Source: an uncultured Clostridia bacterium (GTDB lineage Bacteria; Bacillota; Clostridia; TANB77; CAG-508). From it: a stretch of 64,000 nucleotides of DNA. The stretch is from NCBI GenBank assembly GCA_947601495.1, contig CANQGE010000001.1:31731-95730 (forward strand), read 5' to 3'. The notes under the pieces are model-generated. The model was not told the DNA's origin. It was given only the letters and a program-made list of their open reading frames with translations, and ran no database searches. This document shows, piece by piece, positions 19,496 through 28,784 of this stretch (position 1 is its first letter; each line of letters opens with the position of its first letter). A program made the position numbers and the translations under genes.

Positions 19496-21604
19496 TTATT
19501 CTTCGCTATATAAGTCTTTTCTTGTTAAATTAATTCTGCCTTGGTCGTCTATTTCATAAACTTTAACAGTTACTTCATCTCCAAGTTTTAAGACATCTTC
19601 TACTTTATTTATTCTTTCTTTTGCTATTTTAGAAATGTGAAGTAATCCTTCTTTTCCTCCGCCTAAATCTATAAATGCACCAAATGTAGCTATTCTTGTA
19701 ACTTTTCCTGTATAGATTCCATCAACTTCAATTTCTCTTGTTATTTCTTCTATGATACTTTGAGCAGATCTTGCTTTTTCTATATCATCTGAATAAATAA
19801 ATACAGAACCATCTTCTTCAATATCAATTTTAACTCCTGTTTCTTCAATAATTTTATTAATAACTTTTCCGCCAGAACCAATAACATCTTTAATTTTTTC
19901 TGGATTAATTTGCATATTAATAATTTTTGGAGCATATTTTGAAATTTCTTTTCTAGGTTCAGAAATTTGTGGAAGCATTATTTCATCTAAAATGTATGTC
20001 CTTGCTTTTGCTGTTCTCTCAAATGCTTCTTCAATAATTTCATAGCTTAATCCATCAACTTTTATATCTACTTGAATTGCTGTTATTCCATCTTTTGTTC
20101 CACCAACTTTAAAGTCCATATCGCCAAAGAAATCTTCAATTCCTTGAATATCTGTAATAACAACATATTTGCTTGGATCATTTTCATCAGTAATTAATCC
20201 TGTTGAAATACCTGCAACTGGTTTCTTTATTGGAACACCAGCATCCATTAATGCCAATGTTGATGCACAAATGCTTCCTTGTGATGTAGAACCATTTGAA
20301 CTTAAAATTTCAGATACAACTCTTATTGAATAAGGAAATTCTTCTACACTTGGAAGTACTGGAACTAATGCTTTTTCAGCTAATGCACCATGTCCAATTT
20401 CTCTTCTTCCAGGTCCACGAGAAGCTTTTACTTCTCCAACACTATATCCTGGAAAATTATATTGATGCATATATCTTTTTGATTCTTCTGTATCTAGTCC
20501 ATCTAATAATTGCTCTTCGCTTTTCATTCCTAATGTAACTATTGACATTACTTGTGTTCTTCCTCTATTAAATAAACTACTACCATGAACTCTAGGAATT
20601 AATCCAACTTCACAAGATAATGGTCTTATATCATATATTCCTCTACCATCAACTCTTTTTCCTTCTTCTAGTATTAGTTTTCTAACAGTTTTCTTCTCTA
20701 ATTTATATATAGCATCTGCTATAGCTGTTTTATCTTCTTCAGCTTTTTCTTCACCAAATTTTTCAATATACCAATTTTTAACATCTTCTGAAAGCTTGTC
20801 TATTTTTTCATCTCTTTCTGGTTTATCTGGTGTTTGAACATCTTGTTTCATTCTTTCAGAAAATTCATTTGCTATTACTTCATAAACTTCTTCATTTACA
20901 GCAAAAGATGTATATTCAAATTTTGGTTTTCCTATTTCATCTTTTATTCCTTGTATAAATTCACATACTTTTTTAATTTCTACATGTGCTGTTTTAATTG
21001 CATCTAACATTGTTTTGTTTGGTATTTCATCAGCACCTGCTTCTATCATTGCTATTTTATCTTTAGTTCCTGCAACAGTTAATGTTAATCTACTATTTTT
21101 TCTTTGTTCTTCAGTAGGATTTATAACTATTTGGTCATTAACATATCCAACTGCAACAGCTGCTGTTGGTCCTCCAAATGGTATATCAGATATTGAAAGT
21201 GCAGCAGAAGTTCCTATCATACTGCAAACTTCTGGTGAGCAATCTTGCTCTACTGATAAAACTAAACAGCTAACAACAACATCATTTCTAAAATCTTTTG
21301 GGAACAATGGTCTAATTGGTCTATCTATTGCTCTTGCTGTTAAAATTGCTTTATCTGTTGGTTTTCCTTCTCTTTTTGTAAAGCTTCCAGGTATTTTTCC
21401 AACAGCATATAATCTTTCTTCATAATCTACTGAAAGTGGGAAAAAGTCTATTCCTTCTTTTGGTTCTTTTGAAGCTGTAACATTAACAAGTACAGTTGTT
21501 TCGCCATATCTTACAAGTACGCTTCCATTGGCAAGTCCTGCCATTTTTCCTGTTTCTATAGTAAGTGTTCTTCCTGCTAATTCCATACTATAAGTTTTAA
21601 ACAT
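19496..21604 (-). CDS. pnp: polynucleotide phosphorylase
   Basis: 702 aa with two RNase PH domains (GDMDFKVGGT), a KH domain and an S1 domain (GKVTRIATFGAFIDL). AGGAGGA RBS. Confidence 0.97.
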   Translation of the reverse strand: MFKTYSMELAGRTLTIETGKMAGLANGSVLVRYGETTVLVNVTASKEPKEGIDFFPLSVDYEERLYAVGKIPGSFTKREGKPTDKAILTARAIDRPIRPLFPKDFRNDVVVSCLVLSVEQDCSPEVCSMIGTSAALSISDIPFGGPTAAVAVGYVNDQIVINPTEEQRKNSRLTLTVAGTKDKIAMIEAGADEIPNKTMLDAIKTAHVEIKKVCEFIQGIKDEIGKPKFEYTSFAVNEEVYEVIANEFSERMKQDVQTPDKPERDEKIDKLSEDVKNWYIEKFGEEKAEEDKTAIADAIYKLEKKTVRKLILEEGKRVDGRGIYDIRPLSCEVGLIPRVHGSSLFNRGRTQVMSIVTLGMKSEEQLLDGLDTEESKRYMHQYNFPGYSVGEVKASRGPGRREIGHGALAEKALVPVLPSVEEFPYSIRVVSEILSSNGSTSQGSICASTLALMDAGVPIKKPVAGISTGLITDENDPSKYVVITDIQGIEDFFGDMDFKVGGTKDGITAIQVDIKVDGLSYEIIEEAFERTAKARTYILDEIMLPQISEPRKEISKYAPKIINMQINPEKIKDVIGSGGKVINKIIEETGVKIDIEEDGSVFIYSDDIEKARSAQSIIEEITREIEVDGIYTGKVTRIATFGAFIDLGGGKEGLLHISKIAKERINKVEDVLKLGDEVTVKVYEIDDQGRINLTRKDLYSEE

Positions 21605-21633
21605 TTTACATTCCTCCTATAAATTAATTTTAT

Positions 21634-21709
21634 TTATTTGAAATGTAACCTCTACAATATAGTATTTTGCTTAAAAATAATACATTGTACAAGCTACTCT
21701 TTCAAATAA
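21634..21709 (-). promoter_or_regulatory. imperfect leader hairpin directly upstream of the pnp RBS
   Basis: Outer pairs TTATTTGAAA (21634-43) / TTTCAAATAA (21700-09) and inner pairs TACAAT..TATT / AATA..ATTGTA, separated by a 9x10 internal loop. The structure ends about 15 nt before the pnp RBS. Confidence 0.35.
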
Positions 21710-21837
21710 ATAACCATAAGTATTTTACTATATTAACATAAAAAAATCAAGATAATATTTATTTCTAAGTTCTATCATTTGCATTTGTATATTTTTTAAT
21801 TATTAATTTTATTTTTAGCTATTATTATTTAAATAGC

Positions 21838-21991
21838 TATCTAATATAGTTTATATAATTTAAAGGTAACGCGTAAGCGACCAACCGAAGCGAAAGCGAA
21901 GGGCGATTGGAGCAATCTTCATTTTGTTAATTTTAAAAAAAGAAGATTGCGACACCAAGTTACCGATAAATTATATAAACTATATTAGATA
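21838..21991 (-). repeat. long-hairpin element A: 25-bp perfect AT stem + 98-nt GC-rich core (copy 1 of a 2-copy family)
   Basis: The inverted repeat 21838-21862 / 21967-21991 is perfect. Core 21866-21963 is 91/98 identical to the reverse complement of 44554-44651. It contains a 9-bp helix GCAATCTTC/GAAGATTGC. The strand given is the one sharing sense with copy B. Confidence 0.85.
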
Positions 21992-22045
21992 ATGGTATTT
22001 TAATTAAACAGATATAATAAACTTAAAATAAAATTTTTGCTTCAA

Positions 22046-22075
22046 AATAAAAAACTCGGAACAAATCCGAGCTTT
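22046..22075 (-). terminator. rho-independent terminator after rpsO
   Basis: Stem CTCGGA / TCCGAG (22055-60 / 22066-71) followed by UUUUUU on the minus strand. Confidence 0.75.
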
Positions 22076-22078
22076 TAA

Positions 22079-22342
22079 TTATTTTCTTAAGTTTAATTTT
22101 TTAACTATTTCTCTATATCTGTTAACATCTTTCTTAGCTAAATAGTTTAATAAATTTCTTCTTTTACCAATCATTTTTAATAATCCTCTTCTAGAGTGAT
22201 TATCTTTTTGATGAACTTTTAAGTGTTCTGTTAATTCTGATATTCTTTCTGATAAAAGAGCAATTTGTACTTCTGGTGATCCAGTATCATTTTCTTCTCT
22301 CTTATAAGTATTAATAATTTCTTGTTTTCTTTCTTTAGTCAT
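22079..22342 (-). CDS. rpsO: 30S ribosomal protein S15
   Basis: The conserved S15 sequence starts at [14 protein letters not shown]...[10 protein letters not shown]. The ATG at 22342 has a GGAGGA RBS 8 nt upstream. The ORF-track start at 22375 adds 11 unsupported residues. Confidence 0.95.
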   Translation of the reverse strand: MTKERKQEIINTYKREENDTGSPEVQIALLSERISELTEHLKVHQKDNHSRRGLLKMIGKRRNLLNYLAKKDVNRYREIVKKLNLRK

Positions 22343-22478
22343 TATCTTTATCCTCCTATTTATTTTATTTGCCATAAGCTGAGTATAAAGTAGGTTTTTC
22401 CTTTAAACTAAGTTTGTGGTATTTTTTAACATAGCTATTGTACAATATTTTTTTTAAAAAATCAAGCATTTAGAAAAA

Positions 22479-23120
22479 TTAATCTAATTCTTCGCGTTCT
22501 TTTTCTTTTTTTGCTATATATAAAACTAATTCAACCACAGCAATAACTGTCATTAAGTTTACTATTACAGGTGATACTGGGATTCTTACTATTGCTATTA
22601 GGCTTGCTATAGCAAGTTCTGTTAAAGCAACTAGTACAAATAGTTTTCCTAACAATTCAAATGTATTCATTTTTCTAAATCTAATAACTAAATATGCAAC
22701 AATTACTACTACTGAAATAATTACTGGTTTTATATATGGTCTAATTAAATCTCTTATTCTTACATTTGAAACTTTCATTCTTTCAATATTTTCTGCTTCA
22801 AGCTCTGTTCCATATTTTTCATTTATTTTAGTTACTAAATTGTTTCTTTCTTCATCTGTGATAGATTGTGAGCTTATATTAAATGAATCTCTAAAGAAAT
22901 CTACACTTCTTACAACTACTGCTTTTTTTCCAAAAACTTCTTTACATATATCTTTTACTTCTTTTATATTTGTTTCTTTTCCTATAAATATATTTATTGA
23001 TTCATGTTGTTCTAACATTAAATATACATTAAATCCTTTCAATGCTACTACAACTAGTCCTGCAACTATTAAAAGAATCAAGCCCAATATAATTATTTTT
23101 TTGCTTCCATTTAATTCCAT
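22479..23120 (-). CDS. SecF-like membrane protein (divergent, only 4 predicted TM segments)
   Basis: Start at MELNGSKK (ATG 23120, GGAG RBS 7 nt upstream). Layout is TM1, a ~100-aa loop, then 3 TM segments. It sits at the syntenic position downstream of queA-tgt and directly after the SecD-like gene. The canonical GYSxNDTxVxFDRxRE motif and the last two TM segments are missing. Confidence 0.45.
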   Translation of the reverse strand: MELNGSKKIIILGLILLIVAGLVVVALKGFNVYLMLEQHESINIFIGKETNIKEVKDICKEVFGKKAVVVRSVDFFRDSFNISSQSITDEERNNLVTKINEKYGTELEAENIERMKVSNVRIRDLIRPYIKPVIISVVVIVAYLVIRFRKMNTFELLGKLFVLVALTELAIASLIAIVRIPVSPVIVNLMTVIAVVELVLYIAKKEKEREELD

Positions 23121-23145
23121 TGTTTTTCTCCTTTTATAAACTATT

Positions 23146-24573
23146 TTAAACATTTATAATAAACAAATAATTGTATAATGCTTGAAGGAATAATCCCCAG
23201 AATAGAATCATTCCTATACTGCTTATAACCACACTAGACATAAATGTAAATATTATAGAAATTGCACAAATAGGTATAATTGCTAAATACATTTTTTTCA
23301 TAGTTTCTAATAAAGCTATTTTCTTCATTTGGTTAGATTCTAATCTCTTTAAATATTTGATAACAAAAATATAATTTATAATTACTACAGCTACAGTAGC
23401 TATCAAAGCATTTACTGTTATTGCAACATTTGTATATCTTAATATAAGATTTAATAATCCTAAATATCCTAAAGTTAGTATAGAAGCTTTTAATCCTTCT
23501 AATTTAAATCTAATTATTAAATATAAACTTACAACAGCTATAGCTACTATAGTTACTATTTCTGCTACTAATTTTACATCATTAGTTAAAACAGAATTAA
23601 TACGATTATCTGAGCTCAATGTGTATTTTAAAGGTAAAGCATCATCATTTAAAATGTCTACTATCATTGATACACTTTGTGCAACTTCTTTATATTCATC
23701 AAAATCTTCTGTTGCTTGTCCCATAGGAATTTGTAACACGCCTGTTGCTAGTTCTTCGCCGAAATAAGTTGTACTAATAACTTGGTCGTCCATCTTTATA
23801 GAAATATAATTTGTTGTTTCTGTTCCATCTTCTGCTGTAACAGTTTGATATTTATTACTAATATCTTTTAATTTATCTTTTCCATCTTTTTCAAATGTTA
23901 GTTGTAAATATGCTTGGTATGAATTATTATTATTTGATGCTAACATTTTAGCTTCTTTTAAAGTTGAATCATCCATTAATATTAATCCATTTTGATAATC
24001 GATAATTTCAATTTTTCCAACTGTAGAAACTAAGGCTTGTTCAAGTGATAAATTTTCATTATCTGGTAATTCTATAATTATTTCTCCAGTAATACTATCT
24101 AGTCTTATATTATATTCATATACATCCATTTTTTCTAATCTAGATTGAATTACTTTTTTTGCTTTTTCGAAGTTTTCTTTTGTTATACTAGAATCTTCAT
24201 TTGCTTTTATTGTTCTTGTTTCTTTAGTATAGCCTTCTACTTCTGTCTTATCTTCTTCTGGTTCTTCAGTTTTTTCTGCTGATTGATCATTGGTATCTAA
24301 AGAAATTTCTGTATTTGAAGGAGTTTCTTCTTTTACTTCTCCTGCATAATTTCCACCAGCATCTACATATATTTCTTTTTCTTCTTCTGAGTTATCTAAT
24401 ACATAATGTAATTCTCTTTTTCCATCTAGCTCCATTCCTAGATTAAAATCTGGTAATATGTTTCTCCAAATTCCATAATTCTTAACATATAGTCCAACAA
24501 AAGCTACTACTGCTATTAATATTGCACCTAATAGTATTGTTATTGTTTTTACTGTTTTTAAATTCTTTTCCAA
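23146..24573 (-). CDS. SecD-like membrane protein (divergent)
   Basis: 475 aa: TM1, a large extracytoplasmic domain and 5 C-terminal TM segments. LGMELDGKRE resembles the SecD LGLDLxGG start. ISIKMDDQVISTTYFGEELATGVLQI resembles the P1 (IAIVLDGKVISAP...I.GG) segment. The TM4 motif MAVDANV is replaced by AVVIINY. Confidence 0.5.
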   Translation of the reverse strand: MEKNLKTVKTITILLGAILIAVVAFVGLYVKNYGIWRNILPDFNLGMELDGKRELHYVLDNSEEEKEIYVDAGGNYAGEVKEETPSNTEISLDTNDQSAEKTEEPEEDKTEVEGYTKETRTIKANEDSSITKENFEKAKKVIQSRLEKMDVYEYNIRLDSITGEIIIELPDNENLSLEQALVSTVGKIEIIDYQNGLILMDDSTLKEAKMLASNNNNSYQAYLQLTFEKDGKDKLKDISNKYQTVTAEDGTETTNYISIKMDDQVISTTYFGEELATGVLQIPMGQATEDFDEYKEVAQSVSMIVDILNDDALPLKYTLSSDNRINSVLTNDVKLVAEIVTIVAIAVVSLYLIIRFKLEGLKASILTLGYLGLLNLILRYTNVAITVNALIATVAVVIINYIFVIKYLKRLESNQMKKIALLETMKKMYLAIIPICAISIIFTFMSSVVISSIGMILFWGLFLQALYNYLFIINV

Positions 24574-24585
24574 AGTTATTACCTC

Positions 24586-25245
24586 CTATAATAAGTTTGT
24601 ATCATTTATAATTAATTCAAACCATAAACCTAAATATTTTGCTGCTCTTTTGCTCATTTTTGTTCTATCCATAAATATTTCAAAATAATCTATAACAGGA
24701 CAAATTTTTGTATCTATTGTTAAATTTAATATTGCTTTTCTTTCTTCAACATCAATTTTGAGCTCCGAATTTGTAACTGCATAATTTACTTCATCGTGTT
24801 TATCGAATAAACTTCTATCTTTTTTTGAAACTCTGCTTCTATGTGCATCAGATTTGTCTGCTAAAATAAGGGCCGCCGATATGTCGCTAACTGCTGTACC
24901 AGTTAATTCATCATGGTTTCCTATTGCCATCATAATTTCAGTTCTATCAGATGCTTCCATGTTCATATCTTTTAAAATATTATAAGCAAGAATCGCTCCG
25001 GTATGTGCATGGTCTACTCTGTTTACAGAATTACCAATATCATGCATATAGCCAGCAATCCTTGCAAGTTCTATTCTATGTTCATCATATCCTAGAGTTC
25101 TAAGTATGTTTCCTGCTCTTTCAGCAACTACAGATACATGTCTATTAGAATGTTCTGTATATCCTAAAACGTCTAATTGCTTTTGAGCATTTTTTATTAG
25201 TTCTTTTACTTCTACATTATTAACAACATCCTCAAAAGTTACCAT
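24586..25245 (-). CDS. HD-domain phosphohydrolase
   Basis: 219 aa with H...HD metal-site pattern (HSNRHV, YMHDIGN, GNHDE). AGGGAGGA RBS. Confidence 0.75.
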   Translation of the reverse strand: MVTFEDVVNNVEVKELIKNAQKQLDVLGYTEHSNRHVSVVAERAGNILRTLGYDEHRIELARIAGYMHDIGNSVNRVDHAHTGAILAYNILKDMNMEASDRTEIMMAIGNHDELTGTAVSDISAALILADKSDAHRSRVSKKDRSLFDKHDEVNYAVTNSELKIDVEERKAILNLTIDTKICPVIDYFEIFMDRTKMSKRAAKYLGLWFELIINDTNLL

Positions 25246-25345
25246 ATATCCTCCCTTGATTTTGTCTTATGTAAATTCTTGAATCATTATTCTTGTAAAT
25301 TGTATATTAAATTTTTAAAAATATCAACTATTTTAAATAAAATAT

Positions 25346-25699
25346 TTATTTAAAATTTACACCTATTATTCCACCAATTGCTCCTCCTAAGATTCCAAGA
25401 GCCATCATTATTATCGAATTAATATTTAAATTAAATTTTAAGTTTATAATACTTGATATCAAATATAGGATAACCATATATATAAATCCTAATATACTTC
25501 CATATAAAATTCCTTTTTCTTTTTTTATTCTTGAAATTCTAAATCCGCAAACTAAAAGTGAAAAGCTCACAATAGCAATTGTTACTGGAACAATTACAGT
25601 TTCACTTAAAGACGTTTCACTAAGCAAAATTGATAAGATAAAAATTAAAGCTACTGAAATTAGAATTGATAAAAAAGTTTCTCTAAAAAAATATTTCAT
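25346..25699 (-). CDS. small multi-pass membrane protein (YrzE-like position)
   Basis: 117 aa with 3-4 predicted TM segments and an AGGAGGA RBS. It lies between tgt and the secD-like gene, as small membrane genes do in other Firmicutes. Confidence 0.55.
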   Translation of the reverse strand: MKYFFRETFLSILISVALIFILSILLSETSLSETVIVPVTIAIVSFSLLVCGFRISRIKKEKGILYGSILGFIYMVILYLISSIINLKFNLNINSIIMMALGILGGAIGGIIGVNFK

Positions 25700-25733
25700 A
25701 AAATCCTCCTAAAAAATTTTTTAATTTAATTTT

Positions 25734-25922
25734 TTATTAACTATATAATATAACTGAATTGCAGCTATCGCTTTTGAAAGTAATTGAGTTAGAATTGCTT
25801 AATATATTTTACGGAAAGAGTTCACAAACTTGTGGAAGGGTGCCGTAAAATGTATTTAGCAATTCTACGAAAATTAGCTTGAACAAGATAGCGAAAATGA
25901 AGTTATATTATATAGCTAATAA
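25734..25922. repeat. long-hairpin element C: 189-nt imperfect palindrome with GC-rich tip
   Basis: Outer arms TTATTA(A/G)CTATATAATATAACT (25734.. / ..25922). Apical stem TAGAATTGCTTAATATATTTTACGG (25790-25814) / CCGTAAAATGTATTTAGCAATTCTA (25843-25867) has 2 mismatches. The 28-nt tip AAAGAGTTCACAAACTTGTGGAAGGGTG is about 46% G+C (about 50% with the flanking ACGG/CCGT pairs). Confidence 0.75.
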
Positions 25923-25967
25923 AGCTTATTTCTAAGTAAAAGTTTTTAAGCAAAAGTATATTTTTAA

Positions 25968-26006
25968 ACAAAAAAATACTTCTATAAAATTATATTTATA
26001 GAAGCA
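25968..26006 (-). terminator. rho-independent terminator after the WG-repeat protein gene
   Basis: 10-bp stem CTTCTATAAA / TTTATAGAAG (25979-88 / 25995-26004) followed by a U-run on the minus strand. Confidence 0.7.
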
Positions 26007-26037
26007 TTTTTTATAACTATTTAATATATCTTTTCTA

Positions 26038-27621
26038 TTAATTTGATGTATTTGAATTTGAAACTTTATTAGTTGTATTTTCAGTATTTGTAGAAGAATT
26101 TTTGTCAGTAGTTGTATTTGAAACTTTATTTTCATTAGAAGTTGTTTCACTTTCAGTATCGCTATTTTTTTCTTCATTCTCTTCTTTTTCATCTATGTTT
26201 ATAAGATTTTGTTCTTCTAAGAAATCTCTTAAAGGTCTTGCCTGTCCATCATGTTCCATATAATATGTTGTTTCTCCTGATTTTGTAATTGCATATATTT
26301 TAGTGCAAACACAAGGTAATACTATTCTTTCCTCAGTTATATCATATATTCCATATAGTTCATCTTTCTTTATAACAATTCCTTTTATTCCAACAGATGG
26401 TGGTATAAGAAGAACATTTTCTTCATGTCCTGATGTAGTTTCTTTTGAACCAGTTTTATATCCTAAATCATCTATTGTAATTGATAATATTAAATCTCCT
26501 TCTGTATTACATAATCCATATAAATCATCTTTTTGAACAGGTATAACTTCTCCAAAAAGTAATGATGAATTTTCAATATCGTCTAGTTCAAATTCAGAAG
26601 TATCAAAACCTATTGCATCATTTTCTGCATGAATAAGAGTTTTTCCATTTCTATTTACAACTCCAAATTCTCCATCTTTTTCTACTAAATAAAGTTGTTT
26701 TTCATCATCTAGCAAAGAAATATTTTCAAATTCTGACGGAGCAATTACTGTTCCACCATCTGAGTTTAATATTCCCATTGTTCCATTTGATGCAGTTACA
26801 TAAAATTCTTTTACATTTTGAACAAATTTTATATCATTATATTTTACACCTATTACTTCTCTGCCATTTTCGCTTAAAGAAATTACGCCATATAAATTAT
26901 CTTTTGAACCTTCTGTACCTTTTGAAACTATAACAAAATCATACAAAATTGATTTTAAGTTTTCATAATATCCACTTATTTGTGTATATCCAAGTTGAGC
27001 AATAGAAGATTTTGCTTGTTTAACTATATAATCTAAAGTATAAAATCTATATCTATATGGTTTCCAATCAATTCTTAAATTAAGCATTTCTGCAGCATCT
27101 TCTTTTGAAACATATATTTTTCCATCAATAAATTTTAAAGGATTTATTAAATCAAAGTTTTCGCAATAACCACTTTTATTTTTTGTAGTTACAACTATAT
27201 CTGCGATAGTAATTTTTTGACTAGTTGAAACCGTTGAAATATATTTTTGATATTTATTTTCATTAACTGACATTGCAACTATTTCAAAATCATTTTGTAA
27301 ATAGCAACTATCAGCATTTTCATTATATTTATTATATTCACCTTGATTATATGTATAGTTTAATAGAGTGGCTAATTCATTAGCATTTAAATATACTGTT
27401 CCTTCAATTTCTTTATAGAAATCATCTGGAAAGCTTTGTTGCTGATTATTATCTATAAATACTTTGTCTGTAACTGAATCTTGATATTGTAAAAGTAGAA
27501 TCATTGCAACAAGTCCTACTATTAAAAGTGCACATAATACTATAGAAAGCATAACTCCTTTTCTGTTTCTAGTATTTTTTTCCATTTTTTCTCTGTACAA
27601 ATCGCTTTCTTCTAAGTTCAT
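26038..27621 (-). CDS. membrane-anchored repeat protein (WG/KWG-like repeats) with N/T/S-rich tail
   Basis: 527 aa with one N-terminal TM segment (GVMLSIVLCALLIVGLVAMILLL). Aromatic-Gly units recur (LYGVISLSENGRE, EFGVVNRNGK, LYGLCNTEGD, LYGIYDITEE). The C-terminus is low complexity. Confidence 0.55.
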   Translation of the reverse strand: MNLEESDLYREKMEKNTRNRKGVMLSIVLCALLIVGLVAMILLLQYQDSVTDKVFIDNNQQQSFPDDFYKEIEGTVYLNANELATLLNYTYNQGEYNKYNENADSCYLQNDFEIVAMSVNENKYQKYISTVSTSQKITIADIVVTTKNKSGYCENFDLINPLKFIDGKIYVSKEDAAEMLNLRIDWKPYRYRFYTLDYIVKQAKSSIAQLGYTQISGYYENLKSILYDFVIVSKGTEGSKDNLYGVISLSENGREVIGVKYNDIKFVQNVKEFYVTASNGTMGILNSDGGTVIAPSEFENISLLDDEKQLYLVEKDGEFGVVNRNGKTLIHAENDAIGFDTSEFELDDIENSSLLFGEVIPVQKDDLYGLCNTEGDLILSITIDDLGYKTGSKETTSGHEENVLLIPPSVGIKGIVIKKDELYGIYDITEERIVLPCVCTKIYAITKSGETTYYMEHDGQARPLRDFLEEQNLINIDEKEENEEKNSDTESETTSNENKVSNTTTDKNSSTNTENTTNKVSNSNTSN

Positions 27622-27635
27622 AAAAATCCCTCACT

Positions 27636-28784
<1,149 letters not shown>

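Noticed and set aside
22343-22375. N-terminal extensions in the ORF track: rpsO +11 aa, SecF-like +11 aa, GT2 +6 aa, spoIIP and ZIP +4 aa (GTG inside the RBS), DUF4912 +28 aa, RNHCP +3 aa.
   Set aside because: In each case a downstream ATG has a properly spaced GGAGG-type RBS. The upstream start lacks one or lies within the RBS itself, so I used the shorter coordinates in the feature list.
25838-25880. A mini-ORF in element C: GGAAGGG, 9 nt, then ATG TAT TTA GCA ATT CTA CGA AAA TTA GCT TGA (10 aa, plus strand). Also a 33-aa minus-strand ORF across the tip of element D (ATGAGGGATGTTCGAAGG...).
   Set aside because: The first is very short and the second has no RBS. Both lie inside strongly paired helices and neither has an analogous ORF in elements A or B. 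They are most likely chance.
25932-26192. An 86-aa minus-strand ORF (MKKKRMKKKIAILKV...) overlapping the 3' end of the WG-repeat gene.
   Set aside because: It is an alternative frame of the low-complexity N/T/S-coding tail. It runs across that gene's terminator hairpin, has repetitive K/I/Q/L composition and has no RBS.
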